From: an uncultured Candidatus Saccharibacteria bacterium
GTDB lineage: Bacteria; Patescibacteriota; Minisyncoccia; Phycocordibacterales; GWA1-40-21
Direction of reading: 5' to 3'
DNA: 59,097 nucleotides
Assembly (NCBI GenBank): GCA_964485905.1
Contig: CAZAJY010000001.1
Coordinates: forward strand, 1 to 59,097
Within the stretch, counting starts at the first letter, position 1. Each line of letters opens with the position of its first letter. The position numbers and the translations under genes were made by a program. The notes beneath the pieces were generated by a model, which saw only the letters and a list, made by a program, of their open reading frames with translations, was not told where the DNA came from and did not search any database. Positions 18,701 through 26,091 of the stretch are shown here, piece by piece.

Positions 18701-19876
18701 CTACTCCTCTTCAGTCCCGGCTGCCAATTCTATTATTTCATCTTCCGTCAAGACTCGGTTGTAAATACGAACATCGTCTATAGAGCCAGCAAAATAATAT
18801 GGGTAACCGGCTTTGTTATTTTTTCCGATGGTTATATTTTGTGTGCTTACACCGAGTGAAATTACTGGGTCTTGAACGCCAGTAAGGGCGATGGTTTGGT
18901 TGTTTCCATCAACATAGATTGTTGCGGTGTTGCTTGCAACATCCAGTGTTCCTATTATGTGGTGCCAGTTGTTGTCACTTATTAATCCAGCTGCTACTGT
19001 GTAATAAGCTCCTCCATTGTAAAGAACATAAAGTTGGTCACTGACGTACCACAAACCAAAATTGGCACCACCAAAAAAGCGATTGTCGAACCAGTCATAA
19101 AGTTTTCCTACTATAGCGTGCATGCCTGTTGTGCTTGTTGTTTTAACCCAAGCTGACATTGATACTGCTGTTGTCATGTTAACAGCAGTACTACCTGGAA
19201 TATCAACCCAATCACTACTTCCGTTAAAAGCAAGGGCTGTGTTTATTTCACCAGCTACCGTTAATAACGATGTATTTCTCACTGCTGTTCCGTTGTAATT
19301 ACTAAGATTATCTAAAACATTTGTCGTCGCCAGGTTATCATTCATCAAATAATGCACTACTAGCCCATCACCCAAAGTACTTCCTTCTTCCTCCTCCGCT
19401 GGTGTAGTCGTACCAATAGCAATAAAGGCGGACAGTTCGGCTTCAGGGGCGGTAGTGATGATTTTGTTGGTAGGATCGATCATTACTTTGTAACCAGCAC
19501 CGTCAGTTGTGGAGGCTTGGGGATCAACGGGAATAGCCGTGATATAGGTAGGGACTAAAGCCGTTAGATCAACTAAGCCAGTGCAATCAATTTCAGAGTC
19601 GGTGGTGGTTGATAAGGAGCCGGTGTCACAGACTTCGGTTAGAGAACTGATACCAGTTAGAGAGATAGGATAACGACCCACACTAATATAATACTGCTCA
19701 ACAGCACTTTTGATTTGTTTGATGTCTGACCGACGTTCTGTGTTACGGACCTGAGCTAATTGTTTACCGGGATTGATGGCAATAATCACTATACCGGCGA
19801 GAAGGGAGATGATACCAACGACGAGGAGGATTTCCAATAAAGTGAAACCCCTTTTCTGTTTTCTGAGATTTTTCAT
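18701..19876 (-). CDS. prepilin-type N-terminal cleavage/methylation protein with a C-terminal LamG/concanavalin-like domain
   Basis: KRGFTLLEILLVVGIISLLAGIV pilin N-terminus. The C-terminus contains GSIDDVRIYNRVLTEDEI, typical of LamG domains. Start taken at MKNLRKQKRG; the ORF extends to 19954. Confidence 0.75.
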   Translation of the reverse strand: MKNLRKQKRGFTLLEILLVVGIISLLAGIVIIAINPGKQLAQVRNTERRSDIKQIKSAVEQYYISVGRYPISLTGISSLTEVCDTGSLSTTTDSEIDCTGLVDLTALVPTYITAIPVDPQASTTDGAGYKVMIDPTNKIITTAPEAELSAFIAIGTTTPAEEEEGSTLGDGLVVHYLMNDNLATTNVLDNLSNYNGTAVRNTSLLTVAGEINTALAFNGSSDWVDIPGSTAVNMTTAVSMSAWVKTTSTTGMHAIVGKLYDWFDNRFFGGANFGLWYVSDQLYVLYNGGAYYTVAAGLISDNNWHHIIGTLDVASNTATIYVDGNNQTIALTGVQDPVISLGVSTQNITIGKNNKAGYPYYFAGSIDDVRIYNRVLTEDEIIELAAGTEEE

Positions 19877-19987
19877 TCTAAGATTTAAATTTTTAATTTT
19901 CTCTATTATACCCCCCCCCACATACTTCTTGCAAGGGAAACACACTAAAGGCAATCTTCATTATCAAAATAAATCAAAAGATGTAAT

Positions 19988-20009
19988 CAAGTACGCCATG
20001 GCGTACTTG
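19988..20009. repeat. perfect 22-bp palindrome CAAGTACGCCATGGCGTACTTG
   Basis: Read directly. It lies 8 nt downstream of the 20018 ORF stop. The 20-bp core is identical to the palindrome at 20441-20462. Confidence 0.9.
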
Positions 20010-20017
20010 GCTCTTAT

Positions 20018-20404
20018 CTACATATTCTTTTCTTCCCGGGAATAAGGTTTGGCTAATTTTAAAGTCCGTAATTGTTCCGACAGGCCAATCTTTTTCACGT
20101 AATTAAGAAAATCTCTTGGTAAAGGCGAAGGGCCGACCCAAACACTTTTTTGTACCATTACATAATCAAATCCCTTTAGTTGCCGCAGAAGCCACTCTCT
20201 CTCCTTTTTCTTATCACTAGAAATATCATACATGACAATCAAATTTTTAGGTGAATTATTTCTATAATTATGATTAAAACATTTATATTGAAAATATCTC
20301 CTTCCGAGTTCCCCCTTTCTCACAGTATTACTTTTACCTGAATTAAATACTGGTACACCAAAAGCATTTACAGTAACTCCTTTATATTTTAGATATCTTT
20401 TCAT
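20018..20404 (-). CDS. PaaX C-terminal / Cas2-fold-like small protein (orphan; no CRISPR array nearby)
   Basis: Segment LIVMYDISSDKKKEREWLLRQLKGFDYVMVQKSVWVGP matches the ferredoxin-like PaaX_C/Cas2 pattern (DI...R..L...GF...Q.SVW). Start taken at MKRYLK; the longer ORF start (20452) lies inside the palindrome. Confidence 0.5.
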   Translation of the reverse strand: MKRYLKYKGVTVNAFGVPVFNSGKSNTVRKGELGRRYFQYKCFNHNYRNNSPKNLIVMYDISSDKKKEREWLLRQLKGFDYVMVQKSVWVGPSPLPRDFLNYVKKIGLSEQLRTLKLAKPYSREEKNM

Positions 20405-20440
20405 ATTTTTTATTACATTATATATTATATCACTAATCTG

Positions 20441-20462
20441 TAAGTACGCCATGGCGTACTTA
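20441..20462. repeat. perfect 22-bp palindrome TAAGTACGCCATGGCGTACTTA
   Basis: Read directly. It lies 23 nt downstream of the 20485 ORF stop and upstream of the PaaX/Cas2-like ORF. Confidence 0.9.
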
Positions 20463-20484
20463 TATCAATACAAAATTAGTCTAT

Positions 20485-21327
20485 TTAAATGATCTCCAAA
20501 CTTTTTCCATCAGATTCGAATTTGATCATCCCTCCACCTAAAGTCTGGAGGATTTTTTCTTGAAATTGAGTAAAGATATCCAGCGCTTCCTGATTAGGAT
20601 GACCATATCTATTATTCAAACCAGCCGAGATAACCACAAAATCAGGAGAAACCGTACCAACAAATAATTCGGCGTTAGAAGTCTTGGATCCATGATGCCC
20701 GGCCTTCAGGACATCACTATCTAAAAGATCTCCGTACTTCCCCACCAAGTATTTTTCAATAATCTGTGGCGAATCGCCAGTTAAAAGAAAAGAATTTTCG
20801 CCGTAAATTAATTTACCAACAATGGAAGATTCATTGGTTTCCCAACCGGCCGTATCTTGAGTTGGAAATAAAATATCAAATTCGGTGGCTGGTCCCAGGG
20901 TTAGGACTTCCGGCGAAATGATTACTTCCGTCTGAATATTCTTTTCTTTAATTAAATTCATTAATTCAGTGTAAACATCCGAAGAAGAAGTGGTATTGGT
21001 TAAAATAAATAAACTGACCTTAAATCTTTTTAGCACTTCTACCAAACCACCGATATGATCCTGGTCAGCGTGGGTGGCTAAAACCACATCAATGGACCGA
21101 TCATAAAATGGCATCACCTTTCCCAGCTCGCGTAAAACGCTATTATTAGCTCCGCCATCAATCAGCATCTGCCGACCACCGGGTGCTTTAATAAAAATTG
21201 CATCACCCTGCCCTACATCCAAAAAAGCGACAGTTAATTTTGGATTACTAATATGAAAAAGGCAAGAAAAGAGAAAAACATTTAGAATTAACAAAAATAG
21301 GAGAAAATAAAATTTAAATTTTTTCAT
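20485..21327 (-). CDS. ComEC/Rec2-type metallo-beta-lactamase domain protein (separate ORF)
   Basis: 280 aa with a signal/TM N-terminus. Contains DVGQGDA, HADQDHIGG and AGHHGS motifs. Confidence 0.8.
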   Translation of the reverse strand: MKKFKFYFLLFLLILNVFLFSCLFHISNPKLTVAFLDVGQGDAIFIKAPGGRQMLIDGGANNSVLRELGKVMPFYDRSIDVVLATHADQDHIGGLVEVLKRFKVSLFILTNTTSSSDVYTELMNLIKEKNIQTEVIISPEVLTLGPATEFDILFPTQDTAGWETNESSIVGKLIYGENSFLLTGDSPQIIEKYLVGKYGDLLDSDVLKAGHHGSKTSNAELFVGTVSPDFVVISAGLNNRYGHPNQEALDIFTQFQEKILQTLGGGMIKFESDGKSLEII

Positions 21328-22786
21328 ATTTTTTCGAATTATAATGCGCTCGCCAAATTATAACAAAAAGGATTATATAGACGAGGACCATCAAAAATAG
21401 CGGAAAATTTTTAAAGCCGATTGAAGATAAAGGTAAATGAGAGAAAAGATAAATTATCCTTAAGACATAGGATAATAATAGAGAACAAATAAAAGCGACC
21501 GGAGCGCCGAGTGGAACAAAAATAAAGGCCAGTAATCCGGCTAAGAAACCAAGAAACATTATGATCGGAATAACGGGTAAAATTAAAACGTTTGTCGGTA
21601 AGGCAAAAATAGACAATAACCCCATCTTATAAATGATAAATGGTAAAACAAATATCTGAGTAGAAACTGTGGCCACAATTAATTCTCTCAATTTATATTT
21701 GGGTGTAATAAAATATAATCTTTTTTCGATTAAGGGTGAAACCCAGATTAAAGCGATAGTGGCTAAAAAAGATAATTGAAAGGAAATATCAAAAACCAAA
21801 ATTTTTGGATTTTGAATTAACATAAAAACTCCCGCTAAAAGCAAAGCGCGACTAACGTCATATTTTCGCTGAGTCGTCTTGGCTAATAAAACCAATAAGG
21901 CCATAATGGACGCTCGCATGACGGTCGCAGAAGCACCAGTCATGATAGCAAAAGCCAGAATACCAAAAACACCAAAAGATAGGGCTAGAACTCTCGGCAA
22001 AAAAGATAAAACAATCATAATTCCATCAGCAATAATAGTAATATTATAGCCAGACAAAGCGACAATATGAGAGACGCCAGCCAGACGGAAATCATTTTGT
22101 AATTCTTTGCCCAAAGAATTTTTGGCCCCCAAGATTAAACCGTTTAACAAAGCTGACTCTGGTTCTTTAATTAATAAATTTATTTTACCAATAAAAGCAT
22201 TTTTAAATGTGAACAATTTATTTTTGATGAAGGAGCCATGACCGGAGGAAATTATCTTGGCTTGAGCAAAACTAATTTGATAAAAAATATCATCCTTAGC
22301 TAAAAAACCAATATAATCAAAATCTTTGTCAGTGTCAGTAGAAAAATTTTCAGGTTTCTCTAGTTTTCCTTCAGCTGAAATAAAATCCCCATATTTAAAT
22401 TCCGGGAATAAGCCGGCGGTTACTAAAACTTTTTCATTATGGCTAAGAACAACTAATTGAGTACTTTGATCTTTAATACTTGGCTCAGCCACAATTATTC
22501 CCTCGAGAACTATTTTCTCACCAACTAAATTAGTAAAAAAACTATTTTCATTTCTTAGATCTTTTATTTCATAGCGCAAAATTCCCAGAGCCGAGGCTAA
22601 AATAAAAACAGCCGTCAAGATGATGATGACTTTTTGGGATGCAAAAAATCGACCCCAGATGAAAATCAGGAAAGACAGAAATAACAAGAAAAGGAAGAAA
22701 GAAAAACCGAGCTTAAGAAAAGAACTGACAAAAATACCAAGACTAAAACCAGCGACCAAACAATAAAAAATTTTATTGTTGGTCAT
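21314..22786 (-). CDS. comEC: ComEC/Rec2 competence channel (polytopic membrane) domain protein
   Basis: 490 aa, many TM segments, an OB-like N-terminal part then the competence-domain pattern. It overlaps the downstream MBL ORF by 14 nt. Confidence 0.75.
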   Translation of the reverse strand: MTNNKIFYCLVAGFSLGIFVSSFLKLGFSFFLFLLFLSFLIFIWGRFFASQKVIIILTAVFILASALGILRYEIKDLRNENSFFTNLVGEKIVLEGIIVAEPSIKDQSTQLVVLSHNEKVLVTAGLFPEFKYGDFISAEGKLEKPENFSTDTDKDFDYIGFLAKDDIFYQISFAQAKIISSGHGSFIKNKLFTFKNAFIGKINLLIKEPESALLNGLILGAKNSLGKELQNDFRLAGVSHIVALSGYNITIIADGIMIVLSFLPRVLALSFGVFGILAFAIMTGASATVMRASIMALLVLLAKTTQRKYDVSRALLLAGVFMLIQNPKILVFDISFQLSFLATIALIWVSPLIEKRLYFITPKYKLRELIVATVSTQIFVLPFIIYKMGLLSIFALPTNVLILPVIPIIMFLGFLAGLLAFIFVPLGAPVAFICSLLLSYVLRIIYLFSHLPLSSIGFKNFPLFLMVLVYIILFVIIWRAHYNSKKYEKI

Positions 22787-23546
22787 ACTCTCCCCAATTT
22801 CTTATAATTTCTTGCTCATCCTCGGGAGAAATCGCCTTTTTATATTTAACATTCTTCACCCCCTTCACTCTTTGTTCGCATTCCGGCCAAGTGGCGTCAC
22901 GATAAATAATATTATTAATCAAACTTAAATAACAGTAGGCCTTAGCTTTGGAAGAAGTCTTTTTTACTTTCTTTTTATCTTCTTGCCCTAAATTTAAAAT
23001 ATCTAATTTATAACTCTCTATATTTCCTTTAAACAATTTAACTTTTTCTCCAGTCGCTAGATCCGAAGCAATTTCATCACAACGCTCATTCCCCACAATT
23101 CCGATATGACCGCCAACATATTCCCAATTAATTTTTCTTGACCGATCATTCTTATGATTTAGGCCTGCCAAATCTGCAAGTTTCTTCCACAAGTCCTGAT
23201 TTAAAACTTCTTCTGGTTTTTTATGAGGGTCATTTGAGGCCTTTTTCCAATTATTTTTCTGCCAACCATAAACCCATTTAGTAATTCCGTTTATTAAATA
23301 GCTAGAATCAGTATAAATTAAAATATCTCCTTTTTCCTTTTTTATTTTTTCTAAGGCTTTTATCGCGCCCATCAATTCCATCCGATTATTAGTTGTATGT
23401 TTCTCACTTCCGCCCAATTCTAGGATTTTTTCTCCGTCACCCTTCGATAGAACCTCAGGGTAAACAATCACCGCGCCATAACCCCCCGGCCCCGGATTCC
23501 CCTTCGACGCCCCATCTGTAAAAATTATTATTTTATTTTCTATCAT
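22773..23546 (-). CDS. rnhA: ribonuclease HI fused to a C-terminal hybrid-binding (Cauli_VI/HBD-like) domain
   Basis: RNase H core (IFTDGASKGNPGPGGYG, NNRMEL, YTDSSY, HIGIVGNERCDE). The C-terminus TWPECEQRVKGVKNVKYKKAISPEDE resembles the RNase H1 HBD motif TWxEC...V.G....(F/Y)KKF. Start taken at MIENKI. Confidence 0.8.
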   Translation of the reverse strand: MIENKIIIFTDGASKGNPGPGGYGAVIVYPEVLSKGDGEKILELGGSEKHTTNNRMELMGAIKALEKIKKEKGDILIYTDSSYLINGITKWVYGWQKNNWKKASNDPHKKPEEVLNQDLWKKLADLAGLNHKNDRSRKINWEYVGGHIGIVGNERCDEIASDLATGEKVKLFKGNIESYKLDILNLGQEDKKKVKKTSSKAKAYCYLSLINNIIYRDATWPECEQRVKGVKNVKYKKAISPEDEQEIIRNWGEYDQQ

Positions 23547-23567
23547 AAAAAAGATTATATCACAAAA

Positions 23568-23610
23568 CACAACCGCCCCTAACCCCTCCTTGACTAAGGA
23601 GGGGAAGAAA
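23568..23610. repeat. GC-rich palindromic intergenic element, copy C
   Basis: cacaaccgcccctaacccctccttgactaaggaggggaagaaa. It borders the low-coordinate edge of the DGR cassette. Confidence 0.7.
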
Positions 23611-23621
23611 CAAAATAAAAA

Positions 23622-23720
23622 ATGACCCCCCGATCCACCCCATTCGTTTGCACGAATGAAATGTATCGGAGGGTCAGAGGATCAAAGTTTCAAAGAATCA
23701 AGAGCAGAGATTCAGATAAA
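23622..23720 (-). repeat. 99-nt conserved 3' flank of VR1, including a terminator-like hairpin (23624-23675)
   Basis: Identical in 99 of 99 nt to 26337-26435. In the minus sense the hairpin is GACCCTCCGAT...CATTCG-tgcaaa-CGAATG...ATCGGGGGGTC followed by a T-rich run. Confidence 0.85.
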
Positions 23721-24341
23721 CTACAGTTGCGGAACGACGATCCGACGCCCGTACCCGGCACCCCAGACAAAGTCGTTGGACAAACGGCGCACGCGCACCT
23801 CGAGCCGGCCAACGTACCAGAACACATGGGCGACGAAAAACTCGTCGCCCTTCTTCAATAAGAAGAAGTTGGCACTACCATTCTGAATGAGCAGGTCAGG
23901 GCGATTCTCCACCACCCAGAGGACTTGCTCGTCAGTCAGGACCAACTTGTTCAGGTCCGCGCTGTAGGCGGTGAAGAAATCGTTGAATCTGCCGTTCTTG
24001 GCCAGTTCCAACGATTCCACCAGACAGGCGGGCTTAACTTTATCATTGGCTCCGATATTCCAGTTGCGGAAATCGGTGTCAAGGTAACCGGTGAAGAGGA
24101 TCTTCATCGAACTGATAGTCCTCTTGCCAGTCGTGGCCGGGATGGTGGCCAAAAGACCGAGGCGACGGAAGTAGCCGACAATCATCTTCGTGCGGTTTTT
24201 CACCGCTTCCACGAAGAGACTGATGGCCTCCACCGTATTTTGTATCACCCACTGACCATCCTCGGTCGTGAACGACGCAAAACCATCCTGATGCTCCACC
24301 AACCGTGCTGCTATTACCGGAATCTGTGGTTCAGTAGCCAT
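23721..24341 (-). CDS. DGR variable target protein 1 (small, no obvious signal peptide)
   Basis: The C-terminal 40 aa are encoded by VR1. It is a paralog of the 26436-27107 ORF. Start taken at MATEPQ (24341), preceded by GGAGAG; the ORF extends to 24401. Confidence 0.85.
   Translation of the reverse strand: MATEPQIPVIAARLVEHQDGFASFTTEDGQWVIQNTVEAISLFVEAVKNRTKMIVGYFRRLGLLATIPATTGKRTISSMKILFTGYLDTDFRNWNIGANDKVKPACLVESLELAKNGRFNDFFTAYSADLNKLVLTDEQVLWVVENRPDLLIQNGSANFFLLKKGDEFFVAHVFWYVGRLEVRVRRLSNDFVWGAGYGRRIVVPQL
23724..23842 (-). repeat. DGR variable repeat VR1
   Basis: 119 nt colinear with the TR. There are 16 differences, all where the TR sense strand has A (T on the plus strand), and 0 at the other 92 positions. 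Confidence 0.9.
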
Positions 24342-24399
24342 TTTGGCTCTCCTGTTTTTACAGATCTTCACCCACTGTCTCAAAACGTTATGTTTTGCC

Positions 24400-24439
24400 A
24401 CAGCTTTTAATATATTTTAATAAACACACTAAAAGCTGT
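24400..24439 (-). promoter_or_regulatory. conserved 5'-leader hairpin of target 1 (10-bp stem ACAGCTTTTA/TAAAAGCTGT, 20-nt AT loop)
   Basis: A homologous hairpin with a similar loop lies upstream of target 2 at 27204-27251. Confidence 0.55.
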
Positions 24440-24489
24440 AGCAAAACTTCTATTCCGCACTTATATCAAATATCTACTTTCTACCTCCT

Positions 24490-24518
24490 ATTATACACCT
24501 ACTGAACTTTTTTGTCAA
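24490..24518 (-). promoter_or_regulatory. consensus sigma70-type promoter for target 1 (TTGACA-17-TATAAT)
   Basis: The minus strand reads gcTTGACAaaaaagttcagtaggtgTATAATagg. Confidence 0.7.
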
Positions 24519-24568
24519 GCACAAAAAATGCACAAATTTTATTCTCAAATAAAGGCCTATTTATAAGA

Positions 24569-25564
24569 CTATTTTATAGTTTTCTGATTTAAGACTATAA
24601 TTTTAATTTTCTTTTGTAATTGCTTAGCGTTACCATGTTTTAATAAACCTAAATAGGAATTTACCACTTCTTTTTTCATATTAACCGCTAGATTTCTGAA
24701 CATCCTTCTCTTGGTGGCTGTTCTCAATACTCGATGATTAATAAAATGCACCCAACCTAAAAAATCCACGCCAGAAGCAAAAGTCTTAATGTATACTTTA
24801 TCGGGATGCAAATTTAATTTCAACTTTATCTGAAGAAAATTATCAACCAGTATTAGTAAGGATTCCAGATATTTCTTTTTATCACTTAATATCACGAAAT
24901 CATCAGCATATCTGACATAATATTTTACTTTAAGAATATGCTTCAGATATTGATCAAATTCATTTAAATAAATATTTACTAACAATTGTGAAGTTAAGTT
25001 ACCCAATGGTAATCCCTTCCCTTTTTGCGTACTATTAAAACTTTCCACCACTTTTTCTATCAGCCATAAAGTATCTGTATCTATATTGTGCCTTTTTATC
25101 ACTGTATATAAAATTTGATGATCAATAGAAGCAAAAAATTTCCGAATATCACACTTCAAGGCCCAGAGTGTTCGGCTGTGATTAAAAGAAGCTTTCCAAC
25201 CAAAATGTCTGAGACGATTCATGGCCCGATGTGTTCCTTTCATATTCCGACAAGAATAAGAATCCCCAATAAATCTGGTGTCAAAATACGAATATAAAAT
25301 CCTATAAATAGCACGGTGGAGTAGTCTGTCTCGAACTTTAGCTTTATGAATAATTCTCGGTTTAGGATCATTAATAGAAAATTGTTCATAATTTCCATGT
25401 TTATAAGTCTTATTTTTTAAATCTAAATAAAGATCATAAATATTTTTAGATAAAAAAATCAAAAAATTGCCGACGTCTTGCTTGTTTTTCTTATCACAAA
25501 TAAATTCCCGCCAGGCCAGGTGTAGATTTTCCAAAGATATGATATATTTATAATTATGATTCAT
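24569..25564 (-). CDS. DGR reverse transcriptase
   Basis: RT motifs including GLPLGNLTSQLLVNIYL (the DGR-typical xGNLTSQ) and YVRYADDF (YADD). No maturase, endonuclease or retron-like extras. Start taken at MNHNYKYIISLENL (25564); the ORF extends to 25615. Confidence 0.9.
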   Translation of the reverse strand: MNHNYKYIISLENLHLAWREFICDKKNKQDVGNFLIFLSKNIYDLYLDLKNKTYKHGNYEQFSINDPKPRIIHKAKVRDRLLHRAIYRILYSYFDTRFIGDSYSCRNMKGTHRAMNRLRHFGWKASFNHSRTLWALKCDIRKFFASIDHQILYTVIKRHNIDTDTLWLIEKVVESFNSTQKGKGLPLGNLTSQLLVNIYLNEFDQYLKHILKVKYYVRYADDFVILSDKKKYLESLLILVDNFLQIKLKLNLHPDKVYIKTFASGVDFLGWVHFINHRVLRTATKRRMFRNLAVNMKKEVVNSYLGLLKHGNAKQLQKKIKIIVLNQKTIK

Positions 25565-25957
25565 AAGCAAGATAAAGTTACATTTCAATATGAGACACCA
25601 AAAGTCCTTATCCAAGAAAAAGAACTATACCGCCTTTGGCTGACAATTCATAGGGATTTTCCAAAAGTGGAGAGATTAGGTATTGGCCAGAAAATAGAAC
25701 AATCCTTCTTGACTGTCTTAGAACTTACCTTCGCCTCGGTTTATTTAGTAGCTGAAAGTAAAATACTGATGTTAAATAAAACAATCGCTAAACTAGATAA
25801 TTTAAAATTTTTTATGCAACTAGCTTGGGAAAACCAACTGATACCAACAGAAAAATATTCAGAGATAGCTGGAAAACTTGAAGAAATCGGTCGTGGGCTT
25901 GGCGGTTGGAAAAAGGGTTTGCAAAAAAGTTTGGAACAAAAAACTCCCGCCAAATAG
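25556..25957 (+). CDS. avd: Avd-like accessory variability determinant (four-helix-bundle family)
   Basis: 133 aa. The helical pattern FPKVERLGIGQKIEQSFLTVLE...IAKLDNLKFFMQLAWENQLI...EEIGRGLGGW is typical of the 23S-IVS/Avd family. It lies next to the TR and RT but on the opposite strand. Confidence 0.75.
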   Translation: MIHKQDKVTFQYETPKVLIQEKELYRLWLTIHRDFPKVERLGIGQKIEQSFLTVLELTFASVYLVAESKILMLNKTIAKLDNLKFFMQLAWENQLIPTEKYSEIAGKLEEIGRGLGGWKKGLQKSLEQKTPAK

Positions 25958-25964
25958 ACGGGAG
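25938..25964 (-). terminator. terminator-like hairpin plus U6 immediately 3' of the TR (minus sense), overlapping the avd stop codon
   Basis: The minus strand reads CTCCCG-tctatttgg-CGGGAG followed by TTTTTT. Confidence 0.5.
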
Positions 25965-25972
25965 AAAATTTG

Positions 25973-26091
25973 CAGTTTCGGAACGACGATCCGATGCCCG
26001 TACCCGGCATCCCAGACATTGTCGTTGGACAAACGGTTCACGTTCACCTTGAGCCGGCCATCGTACCAGTTCACATTGGCGACGAAAATTT
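25973..26091 (-). repeat. DGR template repeat (TR)
   Basis: Noncoding copy of the VR with 27 adenines in the sense strand, several in AAC/AAT codons. Its conceptual translation is FVANVNWYDGRLKVNVNRLSNDNVWDAGYGHRIVVPKL. Confidence 0.9.

Noticed and set aside
20018-20452. A CRISPR-Cas locus suggested by the Cas2-like fold
   Set aside because: There is no repeat-spacer array and no other cas genes in the window. The motif fits PaaX_C-type regulators equally well.
23622-24410. Plus-strand ORFs across the VR1 flank and target 1 (23622-23861, 23656-23886, 23925-24410), and the analogous 26331-26732, 26371-26604 and 26405-26608 at target 2
   Set aside because: These are antisense or shadow ORFs typical of G+C-rich coding sequence. 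They cross the terminator hairpin and the stop codon of the real minus-strand genes, which have an RBS, paralogy and the VR.
24569-25615. The RT as a group II intron maturase or a retron RT
   Set aside because: I saw no intron domain V/VI-like RNA, no X/maturase or En domain, and no msr/msd-like repeats. An Avd-like ORF and a TR/VR pair with A-only substitutions are present, and the RT carries the DGR-type GNLTSQ motif.
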